Both the position numbers and the translations under genes were made by a program. A stretch of 64,000 nucleotides of DNA from Octopus sinensis (taxonomy: Eukaryota), in contig NC_043021.1 in assembly GCF_006345805.1 (NCBI RefSeq), positions 27,838,001-27,902,000 on the forward strand. Direction: 5' to 3'. The notes under the pieces are model-generated. The model did not search any database and was not told where the DNA came from. It was given only the letters and a program-made list of their open reading frames with translations. Within the stretch, counting starts at the first letter, position 1. Each line of letters begins with the position of its first letter. Positions 37,433 to 52,497 of the stretch are shown here, piece after piece.

Positions 37433-38449
37433 ATCATTAAGGAACACGTGAAGCCTATCACTGTCCCTGTGTGTTTCTCCCTGTCTTTAGATGTGTGTGT
37501 GTCAGTTGTCACAAAATCTATGTATACTGACAGAGCTTAGGTGTTTCGCTCATAAACACACATCGCCCGGTATGAGATCCGAACCCGCGATCTCTCGACC
37601 GCGAGTCCGATGCTTGAACCACTAGGCCATGTACCCCAATATTTTCAAAATACCTGTATATAAAAAAAATTGCTAGACATTTCCGAGGAATTAGTGCGTG
37701 GTAAAAATTCTCATTTACTTCGTGTGACGTACGTGAAAAAATGAATATGAAATTTTCAACAGAATTAATTTCTATATCTTCGAAATGAAAGAAATTTTCC
37801 TGAGAATTACCCCAAGAATTGTCCCAAGAAATTGTCCAAAGATCCAGAAGAAATTATCCCAATATCTATATCTGGTCGAAGATGAACGATTTCAATATCT
37901 CTTTCCAGGTATATAAGGACTTTTCTGATTTTCTAAAAACTTTTGAAAACGTGTTATGTTTTATCTTTCGGCAGAATTGCTAAGATGTACTTAATAGTCA
38001 TACGTAATAGTCATGTTCGGAATGTCTTGGATTACAGGCTTGCGGTATCTTATCTGCTACATGACTAAACAACAAAGACATCATCATCGTCATCAACAAC
38101 AACAACAAAAGAAAAACTGTGTAGAAATATCTGTGGATAAACAAAGCAGCCACGTAGCTTTTCCAGTTACGATCTATGGCCTATTCTGTTTACATTTGCT
38201 TAAAAATTAATAATTTCCTTTCGTTACAAGCCTGCAAACACCTAAGTTTGAATTTTTGTGTATCTGAGAGATTATCAAGGAAGCTGAATCAAAACAGATT
38301 TTAAAAAGTGTTTAGAAGCCCTGAATATTCATTATATACCCAGAGAGGGAGATTGAAATCTTTCCTTTTGAACCAAATATCGATACGGTAGTTATTTCTT
38401 TCGGATTTTTACAATATGGATGATATAGAAAATATCGGTTTCAAATTAT

Positions 38450-38630
38450 GGCACAACATCAGCAGCTATGAGGGAGGGGCTAAGTCGATTACATCGATTC
38501 CAGAGATAAGCTGGTACTTATCTTATCGATCCCGAGATGATGAAGAGCAAAGTCGACTTCGACGGAATTTGAACTCAAAATGATTAAGATAAACGAAATG
38601 CCGCTAAACATTCTGCCAGTTCGCCGCCTT
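38450..38630 (-). mobile_element. Family-B SINE
   Basis: AAAGTCGACTTCGACGGAATTTGAACTC core. Confidence 0.7.
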
Positions 38631-39294
38631 AGATATATAAAATATTTGCTTTCAAAATATATCCAGTTTTGTCGCGCACGTTGCACCAAGTAAATGAGAA
38701 TTCTGACCATACGCACATTATTGTTCAGCAAACGCATTAGCATTTTCTTAAAATTTCAATGTCAATATAAGTAAATCATGAAGCTTTTATGCTGCTCATC
38801 AACAATTCAGATAATATTTTCAAGAGAAAACACTTCTTCGTACCGGGACATGTACTTCACAGGTTTTGGATCCTCTTCAAAAATGTCAGTATACATTCCA
38901 GGTAAAAATGATTTTGCTTATTGCTTGCCTGTGTAGTGAAGCCTTACCGTGAAAAATGAAATGACTCAATTCTTGTTAATGCTCAAGATTTACAGCTTAG
39001 ATATTCTATTCCTTGTGTCTCTGATTGTCACACTGTCACGCAAAGAAAGACCATCAATGAGGAGATAATTCACAATGTCTTTATATTTCTTTGTTTTTTC
39101 AAGAAGGTAGAGTGAGATCAGAGTGAATTTTTAAAAATATTTGTAGCGGGTGAAGCTACTACATAATGGATAATTCGGTGGTGTTGTCACTTTATATTTT
39201 GATTGTTTTCCAATAGTAGAATCTTAATATAGTTTTCATACAACAATCTGTAATACCAAATATGTAGGTACACACACACACACACGTATTTGCT

Positions 39295-39597
39295 GTTTGT
39301 TCCCTCTCGAGTCACGCCTTGCTCATAAGGGCCGGTTTCCCGGTTTCCTTGATGTATAGGTTCCCCACCTGGACGGGACGCGGGTCAATCGCAGGTGAGC
39401 TGCAAGATGCAGGAGGAAAGAATGAAAGAATGTTGTGGCGAAAGAGTCAACAGAAGTTCGCCATTACCTTTTGCCGGAGCCGCGTGGAGCTTAGGTGTTT
39501 CGCACATAAATACGCACATCGTCTGGTCTGAGATTCGAACCCGCGATCCCTCGACCACGAATCCGCTGCTCTAACTACTAGGCCATGTGCCTCCACT
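39295..39597 (-). mobile_element. Family-A SINE
   Basis: Reverse complement of the 37135 copy. Confidence 0.85.
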
Positions 39598-40138
39598 CAC
39601 ACATATTTACATATATAGATTATAAAAAAATGTCAGGAGGTATGAAATGAATATATCTATTTCACCAGTTGATATCCATAAGATTATGATGGTTTCACAG
39701 CCAACGTTATGGAAAATTTATTTATCTTAGTGTATGATAACTTATTTTACGTCTCTTCACAGTTGTATATGTAAAAAGATTACAGAGTACTATTGTAGGT
39801 TTTACACGATAATGCAAGTGTAGAAGGCTAGCGCATCAGATTCACAGAATACCATGGCTCCATCAATTCTGAAACACCAGTTTATTGTAAGTCATCCTTC
39901 GAAATATTAATGTATGGAAGTCAATAATTAGTAAAATAGATTTGTATGGGGAGGAGGAAAGGCGATTTGGTAAGATATTAAGAAGGAAACAGTGAGTGGT
40001 GGTGGTTGAAAGGAAAATTGTATACAATATGACAGAGTTTTACAGAGTCAAGTAATCAGATAATAACCTAGAAGTATTAATAATATAGAGAGGAAAAATT
40101 CTTACCACACAGCCATGCCAGCACCTATATATATATAG

Positions 40139-40211
<73 letters not shown>

Positions 40212-40675
40212 TGAGTGTGTCTGTGAGTTTATGTATAAAACTTGTATTTAAAATTAAAGTTTAGGTAGGACACTGAACCGCTACATGCGGCCTGAGGAGG
40301 TTTTTCCGGCAGCGCTTTAGAGTGTATTCGATTCCATTACATTGTTTCCCATTTATTACATTTATTAAGGAGCAAAGCACAAGTGAGTCGAAATAAGACT
40401 TCCAGTAAACTCTGTCTTCCGTATTAATCATTCAGGGTGTATGTATGTATGTATGTATGTATGTATGTATGTATGTATGTATGTATGTATATAACATATA
40501 TATAATACATATAATATATATATAATATATATATTATATATTATATATATATTATATATATATATATATATATTATATATATTATATATTATATATATTA
40601 TATATGTATATATATATATATATATACATATATATAAAATATATACATATATATGTAATATATATAATATATAAT

Positions 40676-40725
<50 letters not shown>

Positions 40726-40727
40726 AA

Positions 40728-40773
<46 letters not shown>

Positions 40774-40826
40774 TTCATATATATATATATAATACATATA
40801 TATAGATTCATATATATATATATAGA

Positions 40827-40884
<58 letters not shown>

Positions 40885-41284
40885 TTTATAATAAAGGAGG
40901 TCAGAGATTTATATCCAGTTTTATTCAACAGCTAATTACTTCTTTTCATTTCTACACCTACACATGTTTCTGCAGCATCTAATGCTCACTGCAAAATTTG
41001 CATCTTTATGTGCACTTATTGTTAAATGCCGCATCTTGAGGTCGGAGTCAACTGCATTGTTCAGATAGAATGTAAATCAAATACAAGTCCAGTCGAGATA
41101 CACGGTGTGTTGCACTTGTTCCAAAAATAACCTGGATCTTGACCTGAAAATAAAATTAACGATATCCCTAAATTTAAATGAATTTAATTCAATTATAAAA
41201 TTAGCAAAGTGAATAATAGACTCATAGCTCATTACAAACGATATTAACAACAATAATACGAGTAGTAGAACTATTCTGAACGCC

Positions 41285-41750
41285 CTACAACCCTGGGCAT
41301 GGACACATTGAGACTCCGACGTCTGGCAGCTGACTTGGCAGACACCCATAAAATTATCAACCATCTTACAAACAATAACTCTGAGCACCTTTTCAAACTC
41401 CACCCGTCTAACACCCGTGGACATGTTTACAAAGTCAGAAAACAGCACAGCTCCTTCCATGACTTTCGGAATCATTTTTTCACGCTGAGAGTTGCTGAAG
41501 CATGGAACAGACTGCCAGCATCAGTTGTTAGTTGTTGGAGCACTGCATCCTTCAAAACTTCCATGATTCCTGAGATTCGCCAACACTACACCTGATCTTC
41601 TTCCCCCCTCCATACACACAAGCAAACATGTATTTGACTCATACACTGTTCGCTGTCAAGACATTTCTATATTACAGCATACACTTTATACGCACTTTTG
41701 ACAAGTTGTGGTGCACCTGAGCACTGTATACAATAATTTCATTATTATTA
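41285..41750 (+). mobile_element. CR1-type LINE 3' end
   Basis: LRLRRLAADL..TRGHVYKVRKQ..FFTLRVAEAWNRLP; short (ATT)n tail. Confidence 0.85.
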
Positions 41751-41974
41751 TATTTATATTAAATAGCAATACTAAGGAGAAGTATGATAATAACAGTGAA
41801 AAATATGCATAATGTAACCTGATACCGTGTATTAATACTACCACTCACCATTTAATGATGGTCTTTATCTGAAGACTACTAAAATTCATTGGACAGCTAG
41901 TCAATTAATTTTTAACTAGCAGAGTTGAAAAGGTCATGATCTAGGGTGTTTTGGGAACGATAAGACCACGTGTA

Positions 41975-42197
41975 AGGCGGCGAGCTGGCAGAAATGCTTA
42001 GCGAAATGCTTAGCGGTATTTCGTATGTCTTTACGTTGTGAGTTCAAATTCGGCCGAGGTCGACTTTGCCTTTCATCCTTTCGGGGTAAATAAATTAAGT
42101 ACTAGTTACCCACTGGGGTCGATGTAAACGGCTTAATACCTATGTCTGTCCTTGTTTGTCCCCTCTATGTTTAGCCCCTTGTGGGTAGAAAAGAAAC
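41975..42197 (+). mobile_element. Family-B SINE
   Basis: AAGGCGGCGAGCTGGCAGAA head. Confidence 0.8.
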
Positions 42198-42657
42198 AGG
42201 TAACACCACAATGTATTTCGGTTGGATTTGTATTTAATTTAGATTCTATCTGAACAATGCAGTTTAGATAGACTGCACACTGAAAACGCAGTAATTAACA
42301 GAAGAGTAAGTATACATAAAGATACAAACTTTGCTGTGGCCATAGTTGCTGGAGGAACATGTAGGGTCAGAAATGAAAGGAAGTAATTGACGACTGATTA
42401 AAACTGAATAAGACTGGATAAAACTGGATATAAATCTATGTTCTCCTTTGTTATAGATTCATTATTTTCTCTGCCGAAAATATGCAGTCTCTATAGAGAC
42501 ATATCGATTTACCGATGTGAAGACTGACTGAGATGAGTTTTTTTATACACTCACTGAGGTTAGCCAGCATTAGTAACAGGTAAAAGCGACTACGGGACCC
42601 ACTTGGATTCTATATCCCTACCAACCAGTCTTTTGCGCGCGTATGTGTGTATGTAGG

Positions 42658-42726
<69 letters not shown>

Positions 42727-43289
42727 ACGTGTCTACGTGTGTGTATGTATGAGTGTGTGCGCGTCGGTATATAGTAAACGTCTTCCTTCTGAGATCAAGT
42801 TCTTTGGAGAGTTGCCGGATAATTGAATGTTCCGACATATCTGATAATCACATTTTTAATTACCATACCACATTACATTTACAAAATCCTTTAAAGCGCT
42901 AAATGTTCATCAGTTGTGTTAATATTTTGAATACAGTGTGAATGTTACTAAGCGAAAGAAATAAAAGTCTAATTTGTGTAGAGAACAAGTTTTATTGACT
43001 TAATAAAATACAGGTCCTGTAAATGCAATACAATAAGGTACTGTAGTGTTCTTGAGAAACAAAGAACCATTCTCGATACAGCATAAACTTTCTTAGTTTT
43101 AATGGCAACTGACATTAATTAGCAAAACTTCTCTTAACTCTAAATAACAAGACATTTCCTTTTATATTGTTTTTAGGCAACGGTTGCTAGGTAACCAAAA
43201 AAGAGAGATTTAACTGCATATCCAAATACATATATGCGCATAAAAGGTACATACATAGATATAGGTACGTATGTATCCATGTACGGATT

Positions 43290-43365
<76 letters not shown>

Positions 43366-43612
43366 CCTATCTATCTATCTATCAAGATATCTGTCTGTCT
43401 GTCTGTCTGTCTATCTGTCTGTCTGTCTGTGTCTGTATGCCTGTATGTCTGCCAGTCTCTGTCTCTCACTCTCAATATATATATATATATATACATACAT
43501 ATATATAAAACATACATATATGTGTGTAAGTATGTATACATATACTTATATATATATATCTATATATATATATATACATAGTTGGAACCAGGCCATAATT
43601 ATAAATAGATAA

Positions 43613-43678
<66 letters not shown>

Positions 43679-44257
43679 TACATTCATTCGTATATACATG
43701 TATGTATATATGTAAATATGTGTGTGTTCATTTTGATAGCAGTATGAAAGCATGTATAAGAGAAGAGTAACGGATGTATATAAAACAATATAGTAAACTG
43801 AATAACATAGACTATATATGTCCCATTGTGTTTACTATTATTTTATATCTATAAATACAACCTTCACATCACGTCATTTATTTTTAACCATATATAGAAA
43901 ACGCATTTTCAAAATATCGCATCCTTATAAAATTATGCCGCGGAAAAGAGTTATTTTCCCTTAAAAGTACAGTTAATGTCAAGAGAAATACATCGTAAAA
44001 ACATAAACTAGAAAGAAAATTGGAACAATAAAAATGATATTTGGAAGATTTATGAAAAATATAAACAAAATATCGGCGCACACATTGCTGTATGGTTAAG
44101 AAGGTCACTTTGCAACTACGTGATTCCTGGTTCAGTCCCACTGTGAAGCACATTGGCCAAGTCTCTGGTACTAGACCCTCGATCGACAAATACTTTGTGA
44201 ATGGATGTAATAGATTGAGGCTTTGTGTAGTCCCATCGTGTTCATACATATGCAAAT

Positions 44258-45400
44258 GTACGAGGGAGGTTCATTAAAGATTTCTCCTGACCAGCTTCCC
44301 AAGGACTGGGATGAACGAAACTTGGTTTAATTATTAGTCTTTCCCTACATAGGCACCACCCATCGTTTTATGCAGCTGTGAATACCTAATGTGTAGAAGT
44401 CGGTACGTTGCGTCTGAAGCCAAGACTTTACCTCGGAAATAAGTTCATCTTCATCCGAAAAGTGCTTTCCTTTCAAAAGAGACTTCATGGTTGGAAAGAA
44501 GGGGAAGTCAGATGGTGCGAGGTTGGAAAAGTAAGGAGATGAGGAAGGATTTCATACCCGCATGAGTGTGTTGTCATGTGAGCAACATGCGTATTGTGAA
44601 CTAGGGTGTTGTCTTGGCGGAGTTAGACTCTTTTGGTAGTCAGCATGCCACGCCTCTCTGCTTTGATGGCATCCCGCAATTTCTACAGTAGAGAAGCATA
44701 ATATGTCCCATTAATTTTGGTGCCCTTTTCCAGAAAATCCATCACCACAACTCCTCACTGGTCCCAAAAGACTCAGTATCACTCTACCAGCTGAAGGTTG
44801 GGCATGAGACTTATTTGGAGGTGGTGATTTATCATGCTTCAATGGCTTCGACTAGACTTTAGTTTCAGGATCATAGTGATGGACCCATGTTTTATCCTGC
44901 GCGATAATTCTGCTGAAAACGTCCTCGTTTTCTTGGCATGTCCCAAAAGAGTCTGGGAACAATCGACACGTTCTTGCTACTGAAAAGGTATGGGGATTCG
45001 GGGAATCCACTGTGCAGACACCTTCCACGTGTGCAAATGGTCGTGAATGATTTTTTTCCACGTACCCTACACTAATCTTCCCTTCTTGGGCTAATTGCTG
45101 AATAGTCATGTGTCGATCCCCCAAAATGATGGCGTCCACTTTATAGATGGTGTTGTCATCAGTGGCGGAATGTGGTCATCCAAGAATACGAATAGTTTCC
45201 ACTGATGTCCAACCACATTTGAACTGGCAATACCAGTGCTTGACTACGTCGTATAGTGATTCATCGTCACCATAAACTTCTTTCATCTCACTGAAAGTCT
45301 CTTTTCGTGTACGATATTTCAAGCATAAGAACCTAATCACTGATCTGCTTTCAACTGCTTTCATTATAACACTTCAACAGCCATAGAAGACAAACAAATA
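44258..45400 (-). mobile_element. Decayed mariner element
   Basis: TACGAGGGAGGTTCA end; IIAQDKTWVHHYDPETK; RSVIRFLCLK N-terminus. Confidence 0.85.
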
Positions 45401-45479
45401 CTAGTGGAAAGCTGAAATTTATAATATCGCATATAGAAACATGTCTGATCATACCTGTACAAGATCCATTTTCTGCAAT

Positions 45480-46275
45480 AATTGGAAGTTGGCCAGAGAA
45501 ATCTTTAATGAACACTCTTCGTGTATATACGTGTGTTGAGTTTTTGTAGTAGAGGTCAGTTGTAACTGCTTCATTTTTTTTAACTATCACGATGTCCAGA
45601 AAGGGGAGTTCCTTTTCATTCATTTCCATAGTGATTGGGTTGATACACGAATGCTATTTATCAATTTAAGAAATTTTGTTAGGTCCTCATTATTTCGATT
45701 CCAAAACAAAAACAGTCAGCTAAGAATCTTTTCCAGTTTCCGATCAGGTAGGTTTCGAAATGGTGGTCAAAAGTAATTCAGGATAGGGTGTAGATCTTTT
45801 CTTCCAAGTATCCCGTTACTGGTGTAGCAAATGCTGGTGCGACTTTCGTCCCCATCGCATTGCCTTGAATTTGTAAATGTAATGATTATCAAAGAAAAAG
45901 TAGTTGGTTTCCAATACTGTCTGTAAACCTTCAAGTATAAATTCTTTTGAGAACCTCTCCTGAATTCTTGTGAGTGTTTGTTTACCCGGGGGCTATTTGC
46001 GTAGAGAATAATTACATCAAAGCTAACTAGTAGTATCTCTTTATCTATCCGTTCTAATATATAGTTTAAAAAGTCCATGTCATCCTTGATGAAACTGGGA
46101 ACTATTCTACATAAACGTTTTAGAATTAATTCAACAATTTGCTTAATCTTTGGGTGCTAGATGCAAGTCCTGCAATAATCAGACGCAATTTGAGATCAGC
46201 TGGCTTCGGAATCTTTATATACGGAGTATGGAGGTCTTTGAAGATGTTGTTGCTCCGTTTGGATTTTAATAATCC
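45480..46275 (-). mobile_element. Penelope-like retroelement RT fragment
   Basis: KLRLIIAGLASSTQRLS; SFIKDDMDFL; LVSFDV..LY; ELPFLDIVIVK..TDLYYK. Confidence 0.8.
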
Positions 46276-46919
46276 CATATATATATATATATGTATATAT
46301 ATATAATATATATTTGTTGTGCAAGATTTTTTATGTGAAGTCGTGTGTTGAAACAGATATTGTTATATTTAGGAATGGTCATTTTGCCAGTTTAGCCAAT
46401 AAAAACACACGCACTATATATTTGGTGTTATTTTGCTTCAGTGTTATTTATTTTTTACATTAATCTTAATCTTATTTCGGCCAGAGTTCTTTCGTCACAC
46501 TCCTGTGACCGCATTAGTGGTCCTTTGTTTTCTTCTTTCTTATTTGTGTCTCTCCTTACTAACCGTCAGCCATTTTGTATTTCTATTGTATGTCTTCATT
46601 TGCGCATGCTTATATCTCTATGTGCGTCTATATTCATCCAGTGTGTGTGTGTGGAGGGATGCCTGTAATATTTGTATCTTCTGTTTATATACGTTCATGT
46701 AATTTGTTTTTGTTGTTGTTGTTTTTGTTTATTCTTATTTTGTTCATGTGTATACATCCACTTATTATCATCATTACATATGCTTGTATGTATGTATAAC
46801 ATCAATACTAGTAATAATAATAATAAATAAAAAAACTTATATAGTTATTTATTTCTATTTGTTTATTTATCTGTGTATTTATTATGTTTTCGGGATCCTC
46901 TACCATCATATGTTGTGGT

Positions 46920-47215
46920 GTGTGCTAGTGTTCCATTCTAGTTTCCTATTCAGGCTAGGTTTATTTTCGATTATGTGTGTAGCTTCTGTAATTTGTCTGA
47001 TTGTTGCATCTGTTCTATGTGTGGGCAATGTTTTAATTTCTATGTTGTTGATTGATCCCCCGTGTTCCTGTTTGGCGTGTTGGTACAGAATCGATGAGCT
47101 TTTACCTTCCTTGAGTTCTCTCCAATGTTCATTTACAGTTAATTCGAGGAAGTCTTATCCTCATTAGGGATTCCTCAAAGAATTCCGTTGGTTTAATCCC
47201 TGCCATATAATGCAA
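46920..47215 (-). mobile_element. Penelope-like GIY-YIG endonuclease C-terminal fragment
   Basis: NEHWRELKEGKSSSILYQHAKQEH..RQITEATHI..NRKLEW. Confidence 0.65.
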
Positions 47216-48564
47216 AAGTCATTGGTATATGTTAGGGATTATTGAAATTATCAACTTCGGGGGCAAACAATGGAGAATAAATGGATGTTTGAATAAATTA
47301 TTTGTATGTAACAAAGAGATGAAAGTTTCTGTTTAAAAACATAACACTAGAGATAAATTGATTACAGGTTGAAAGGCTCAAAACATAACGTAAATTAAAG
47401 TAAGGAAGCTACATATATGTTTCAGTTCTTTTACCTAGTTGATCGGAATTTCCAAGCATTTAGGATAATGCTAAGAAAGGTATCATATTTTAACTATGTA
47501 ATGGTAGGACTTCTTCAGGGTTAATATAAAGCTCATGGAACTTAGATAATCATTTTTCTTTTTAAGGATGTCTAGAGTATCAGTGGGTTAAAAAAGCTAA
47601 AAGCTACGTATGGTAAGTGTTTTTGATTGATGAGTTTTATATATTTGTGAATATACTATATATTATAATTTGAAACCAAATAAATAACGAGATAAAGAAA
47701 GTAGGCGTAACATTTAAAATCGAGCTAAAGATAAAATAAAATAAAAATGATAATAATAACATATAAACATAAAATAAAATAAAAATAAAACCTATCGATT
47801 ATTCTCATTGGTTTGATAATTGATACTGCTCTCTATCTTTTCACAATTGTATCTATCATTAAACCAATAATAATAATCTATGGGTTTTATTTTATATTTT
47901 TATGTTTTTACTGTCGTTTTTATTTCATTTTAGTTAGCTTGATTTTAATTTTTATGCATTCTTTATTTATATAATTATTTATTTATTTCTTTTCAAATTA
48001 CAATACATAATATACATAAATGTATATATATATATATATATATATATATGTTTGTGTGTGTGTATGTATGAACGTACGTACGTATGTATGTATGTATGTA
48101 TGTATGTATGTATGCATGTACGTATGTATGTATGTATGTATGTATGTATGTATGTATGTATGTATGTATGTACGTATGTACGTACGTATGTACGAATGTA
48201 TGTATGTATGTATGTATGTATGTATGTGTGCATGTATGCCTTTGCGTTTGTGTTTGTCCTCACCATCACTTGACGAGACGTATTAGTTTTCTGTCGTCTT
48301 ATTGATCTGGTTTAAGAGTCCGACATATCAATTAACGTGTATTGCGGTGGTTTTGATATTTAAAAAAAACCTTTCAAGGCGGTGCTTCAGTATGGAGTAC
48401 TGCCCTTCCCGAAAAAAATTCTAATGACTGAAAACAAGTAAAAAATTAACGTTTAAAAGTAGAAGAGAAGAAAGGGGGAAAGAAAAGAAGAAAGAAAAAG
48501 AATTTTGCATCTCAGCCTCATTTCAAAGTACATAACCAACTTAAAACTAATATCAGACAATCTA

Positions 48565-50117
48565 TCTCTCTATATATAAAACTGAGAATGTGTGTCTGTC
48601 TGTCTGTCTGTGTGCTTCCCTAAAACTTGAGAACTGCACAACCAATTTCATTCAAATTTTACACATGCCTTACTTAGGGTCCGGGAAGTGTCATCGGCAA
48701 AAAATGTTCAACTTCTTGCCTAGAGCGAGCCCATAGCAATATCATATCTTCTCCACTATTTCAGTATTACGTGTTAAAAGTGAAACAAAAACATTTCTCT
48801 ATTTTATGTCAGATGCTTTCACTTTAACAATAAAAATAACAATAACAATTGAATTATATGTAGTAAGTAATAATTAAAATCAAACTAAAGTATAATATAA
48901 TCGTAACATAACAAAAGTAAAATTAGCAATTGGTATAAAATTGCATCAATGACTTGAACTTGAATAAATGTTTTCACATGAATGGGAATAAATTTAAAAT
49001 AAAATTAGCGCGCAGAAATGGAATAGTCCAGATGGAGGTGTGCAATACCCTTTACCACGGCTTTTACATTAGATTATCTGCTAATTAGCTAGCATTAAGT
49101 ATCTATATGAAGTTTGGCTGTATGTAATATCTGTTTTCTCGAACAGCCGCACCTGTTGGTTTATTTCTTATACATAAAGGACTTCAACTGGTTACTGCTT
49201 TCTGACTCATCGTAAGGTTTGTTGTTATTATTACTGTTTAACTATTGTTATCACGTTTGTTGGTTCCTCGTAAAGGAAACATTGTTGTGTTGCATTTGTT
49301 AAATAAGTGTAAACTGTAATCCCCCCCCTTTGGTTATTGTTTAAAAATTGAATTGTGTCCCTGTTTGGGGACATTGACAATATTTTCACAGTTTACACGG
49401 AAGCATTTTCGTTAGAATGCCTTCGATAGAAGAAAGTCCAAAAATGAATTTCGCTTCAGCCGTCAGCGGGCGCGAACTCATTGAAATTAACATGGAAGAA
49501 ATACGGATTGATCACCGACAAAGACGGTGAATCTAGGATAACACCACCAAACGAAATAACAAATTAAATTAAAGAAAAGACTGTTGTCTTTAAAGTATAC
49601 AATGTAGAGTAAAAAAAAGATTTGAACACCTGGAGGAAAGCATCATCGAAAAGTGTCTTGGTGCGACTATGAAAGGTATCTAACCAGACGCGGTAAATTC
49701 GCCACAATAGAAGCAAGGTTCGAGTCAACGGAGCGTGCAAGGAAGTACTCGACTCGAACCTTGCGAAGTGGAAATATTTTATTTTACCTTTATATCTGGG
49801 ACGTAGGACGTCCAGGATAAAAATTTTAAATGCCCCCCCCCCAACAGAAGTAGAGGTAGGCTGGATTGTAGCTACACTTCTATACTAGAGGGAGGACAAG
49901 ATCCAATTGATCGAAATTGCAAGAGACGGGCTAACAATTCCAGTCTGTTATATATTTTGAGTATTGTTATCACTAGCGATATCAAGATATAACTTTCTAT
50001 TTTGTATTTTATGTGTAGATGTAGATATATAGATGTACATGTAATATGTACACATATATATACACATATATACATGCACTAGCACTATGACCCGGCAACG
50101 ACGGGTCATAATGCTAG
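48565..50117 (+). mobile_element. Non-autonomous Helitron, about 1.55 kb
   Basis: 5' TCTCTCTATATATAAAACTG as in the 4357 family; 3' palindrome 50078-50118 ending CTAG|T. Linking the two ends into one element is inferred. Confidence 0.65.
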
Positions 50118-50129
50118 TAGATATATATA

Positions 50130-50280
50130 TCCAACACGCTGCTTAATGTTTGGGTGCTAGATGCAGGTCCTGCAATAATCGGGCGTAATTTGAGATCAGC
50201 TGGGTTGGGAAACTTTCTACATAATGTATGAAGGTCTTTTAAGCTGTTGATGCTCTGTTTGCATTTATGGATTTTAAGAA
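50130..50280 (-). mobile_element. Second Penelope-like RT fragment
   Basis: Homologous to 46140-46275 (GGTGCTAGATGCA.GTCCTGCAATAATC..TTTGAGATCAGCTGG). Confidence 0.75.
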
Positions 50281-50543
50281 GCCCATATATATATATACAT
50301 ATATATATGTTATGTATGTATGTATATATACATGTATGTATGTATATATACGCATATATGTATCTATGTATGAATCATGCCTTTCACCCTTTCGGTGCCG
50401 GTAAAAATACCATTCGAGTAGTCCAGTCGATATAATCGACTTAACCTCCTTCCTAGAATACCTGGCCTTGTTCCAACAATTGAAATCAAAATGAAACTGA
50501 CTAAATCTAAAGATCTGTTAATTATCGATAATGACAGGTCACC

Positions 50544-50592
<49 letters not shown>

Positions 50593-50696
50593 ATATATTA
50601 TATATATATATATACATATGTATATATACATATATATATGCATATATATACATATATATAAATATGTATCTATATATATATATACACATATACATG

Positions 50697-50790
<94 letters not shown>

Positions 50791-51286
50791 ATCTATATCT
50801 AATAGTAATAAAGAGTATGATGATGTAGCATTTGATGAATTTTAATTTACATTTTGATTTAAATACAGCTTAATATTGACCTCCATATATTTCGACTGCA
50901 TTGGTTAGTAACTGTTGCAATTGCAACATTGCTATAACACCGGTACAGTTTCTTCAGTCTTAAGTGTAATACCATTTGAGATTGAACTGATTAGTGTTTA
51001 GTGTTAATCTTAGTAATGCGCTCAATATTAGCCTGCATTTAAATCAAAACGTAAATTCAAATTCGTGAAATGCTACTTCAACATACCCATTATTATTTAT
51101 AAGAATAACTCCAGGAAACATTATATGGTTAAAGATTATCTATTTGGCGTAAACCAACGGAATATATCTCTAAATTCTTATGTAATAACAATTATAACAG
51201 ATTATATTCTAACCGTTAAGACTAACAAAATTTTAGAAGACCTAATTCTGAGTAAAACGGTGACCGTTTGGAGAAATCCCTTATAA

Positions 51287-51370
<84 letters not shown>

Positions 51371-51941
51371 AAATTATATATGTAATTATAACAAGGACTT
51401 GGCTTGCGCCTCACCACGCACTGAAAAATAGACGTCAAAAGACACTATTGCCACCATAAATTCTCCGAGAATAACACACTGCATAAGAGGCTAGTAGAAG
51501 AAAGAAACTGAATCACAAACTTTAGTTAACCGCGTACATGATCGTTTTACGGGCTTAAAGTAATAAAAAAAACTTTATCTTTTTGCCTTCATCAGCGACG
51601 GCATATAAATACGAGTGTCTACGTGTAAGCGAGCGAGCTGCGCCATCGAGTATCTTATACCCGTTGAGACTCGCAAGGAGACTGCTGCGGAGTAGAATTC
51701 ATATCCTTCTTTCATAGCCACGCGCAATGTGTTAAAGATCAAGTCTGCAGTTAGTGCAGTTTTGATCAAGGAGTAAATAGTTTTTTCAAATATCAATCAT
51801 AATAATAATAAAGGGTAAAATCATAAATTTTGTTTTTCCAAGTGGTCAGCGCGGAAATAAAACCTCGTAGGTAAATTAATATAAATATTTTATAGTTATA
51901 TACATAATCATAACAAGGGCTTGGCTTGCGCCTCACCACGC

Positions 51942-51972
<31 letters not shown>

Positions 51973-51988
51973 CCACGCGCCTCACCAC

Positions 51989-52026
<38 letters not shown>

Positions 52027-52299
52027 TATATAATATATATATATGTATATACATACCTACTTTATTGACTCGGAAATATGAAAACCAGCTTCGGTTGAAT
52101 TTGTGCTCAGATCATAATAAATGGCAACGTGTCGCTGAATATTTTGTCCGGCGTGCTAAATGTTTTTCCAGCTCGCTGCTTTTACTCAATTTAGTATTTA
52201 CGAGTGCTACCATTCAATCCAAATATTCTACTATGCAGAAAGCTAAATTTCGTGTGAATTCTGATCATTTTTAATTTTAGCACAAGGCCAGCAATTTTG

Positions 52300-52497
52300 A
52301 ACAGAGGCATTTGGTCGATATTATTAACTCCAGCACTATGTCAATCTATGTCATCGAATTTATTTCATCGACAATCGACAAAATGAAAGGCAAAGTTGAC
52401 CTCAGCGGGAATAGAACGGAGCACGTAATATGCCGGAAGTATTTCCGTTGAGCATTTTCACCGACCCGTTAACGATTCTGCCAGCTCACCGCCTTGT
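52300..52497 (-). mobile_element. Family-B SINE, diverged
   Basis: ATGAAAGGCAAAGTTGACCTCAGCGG core. Confidence 0.65.
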
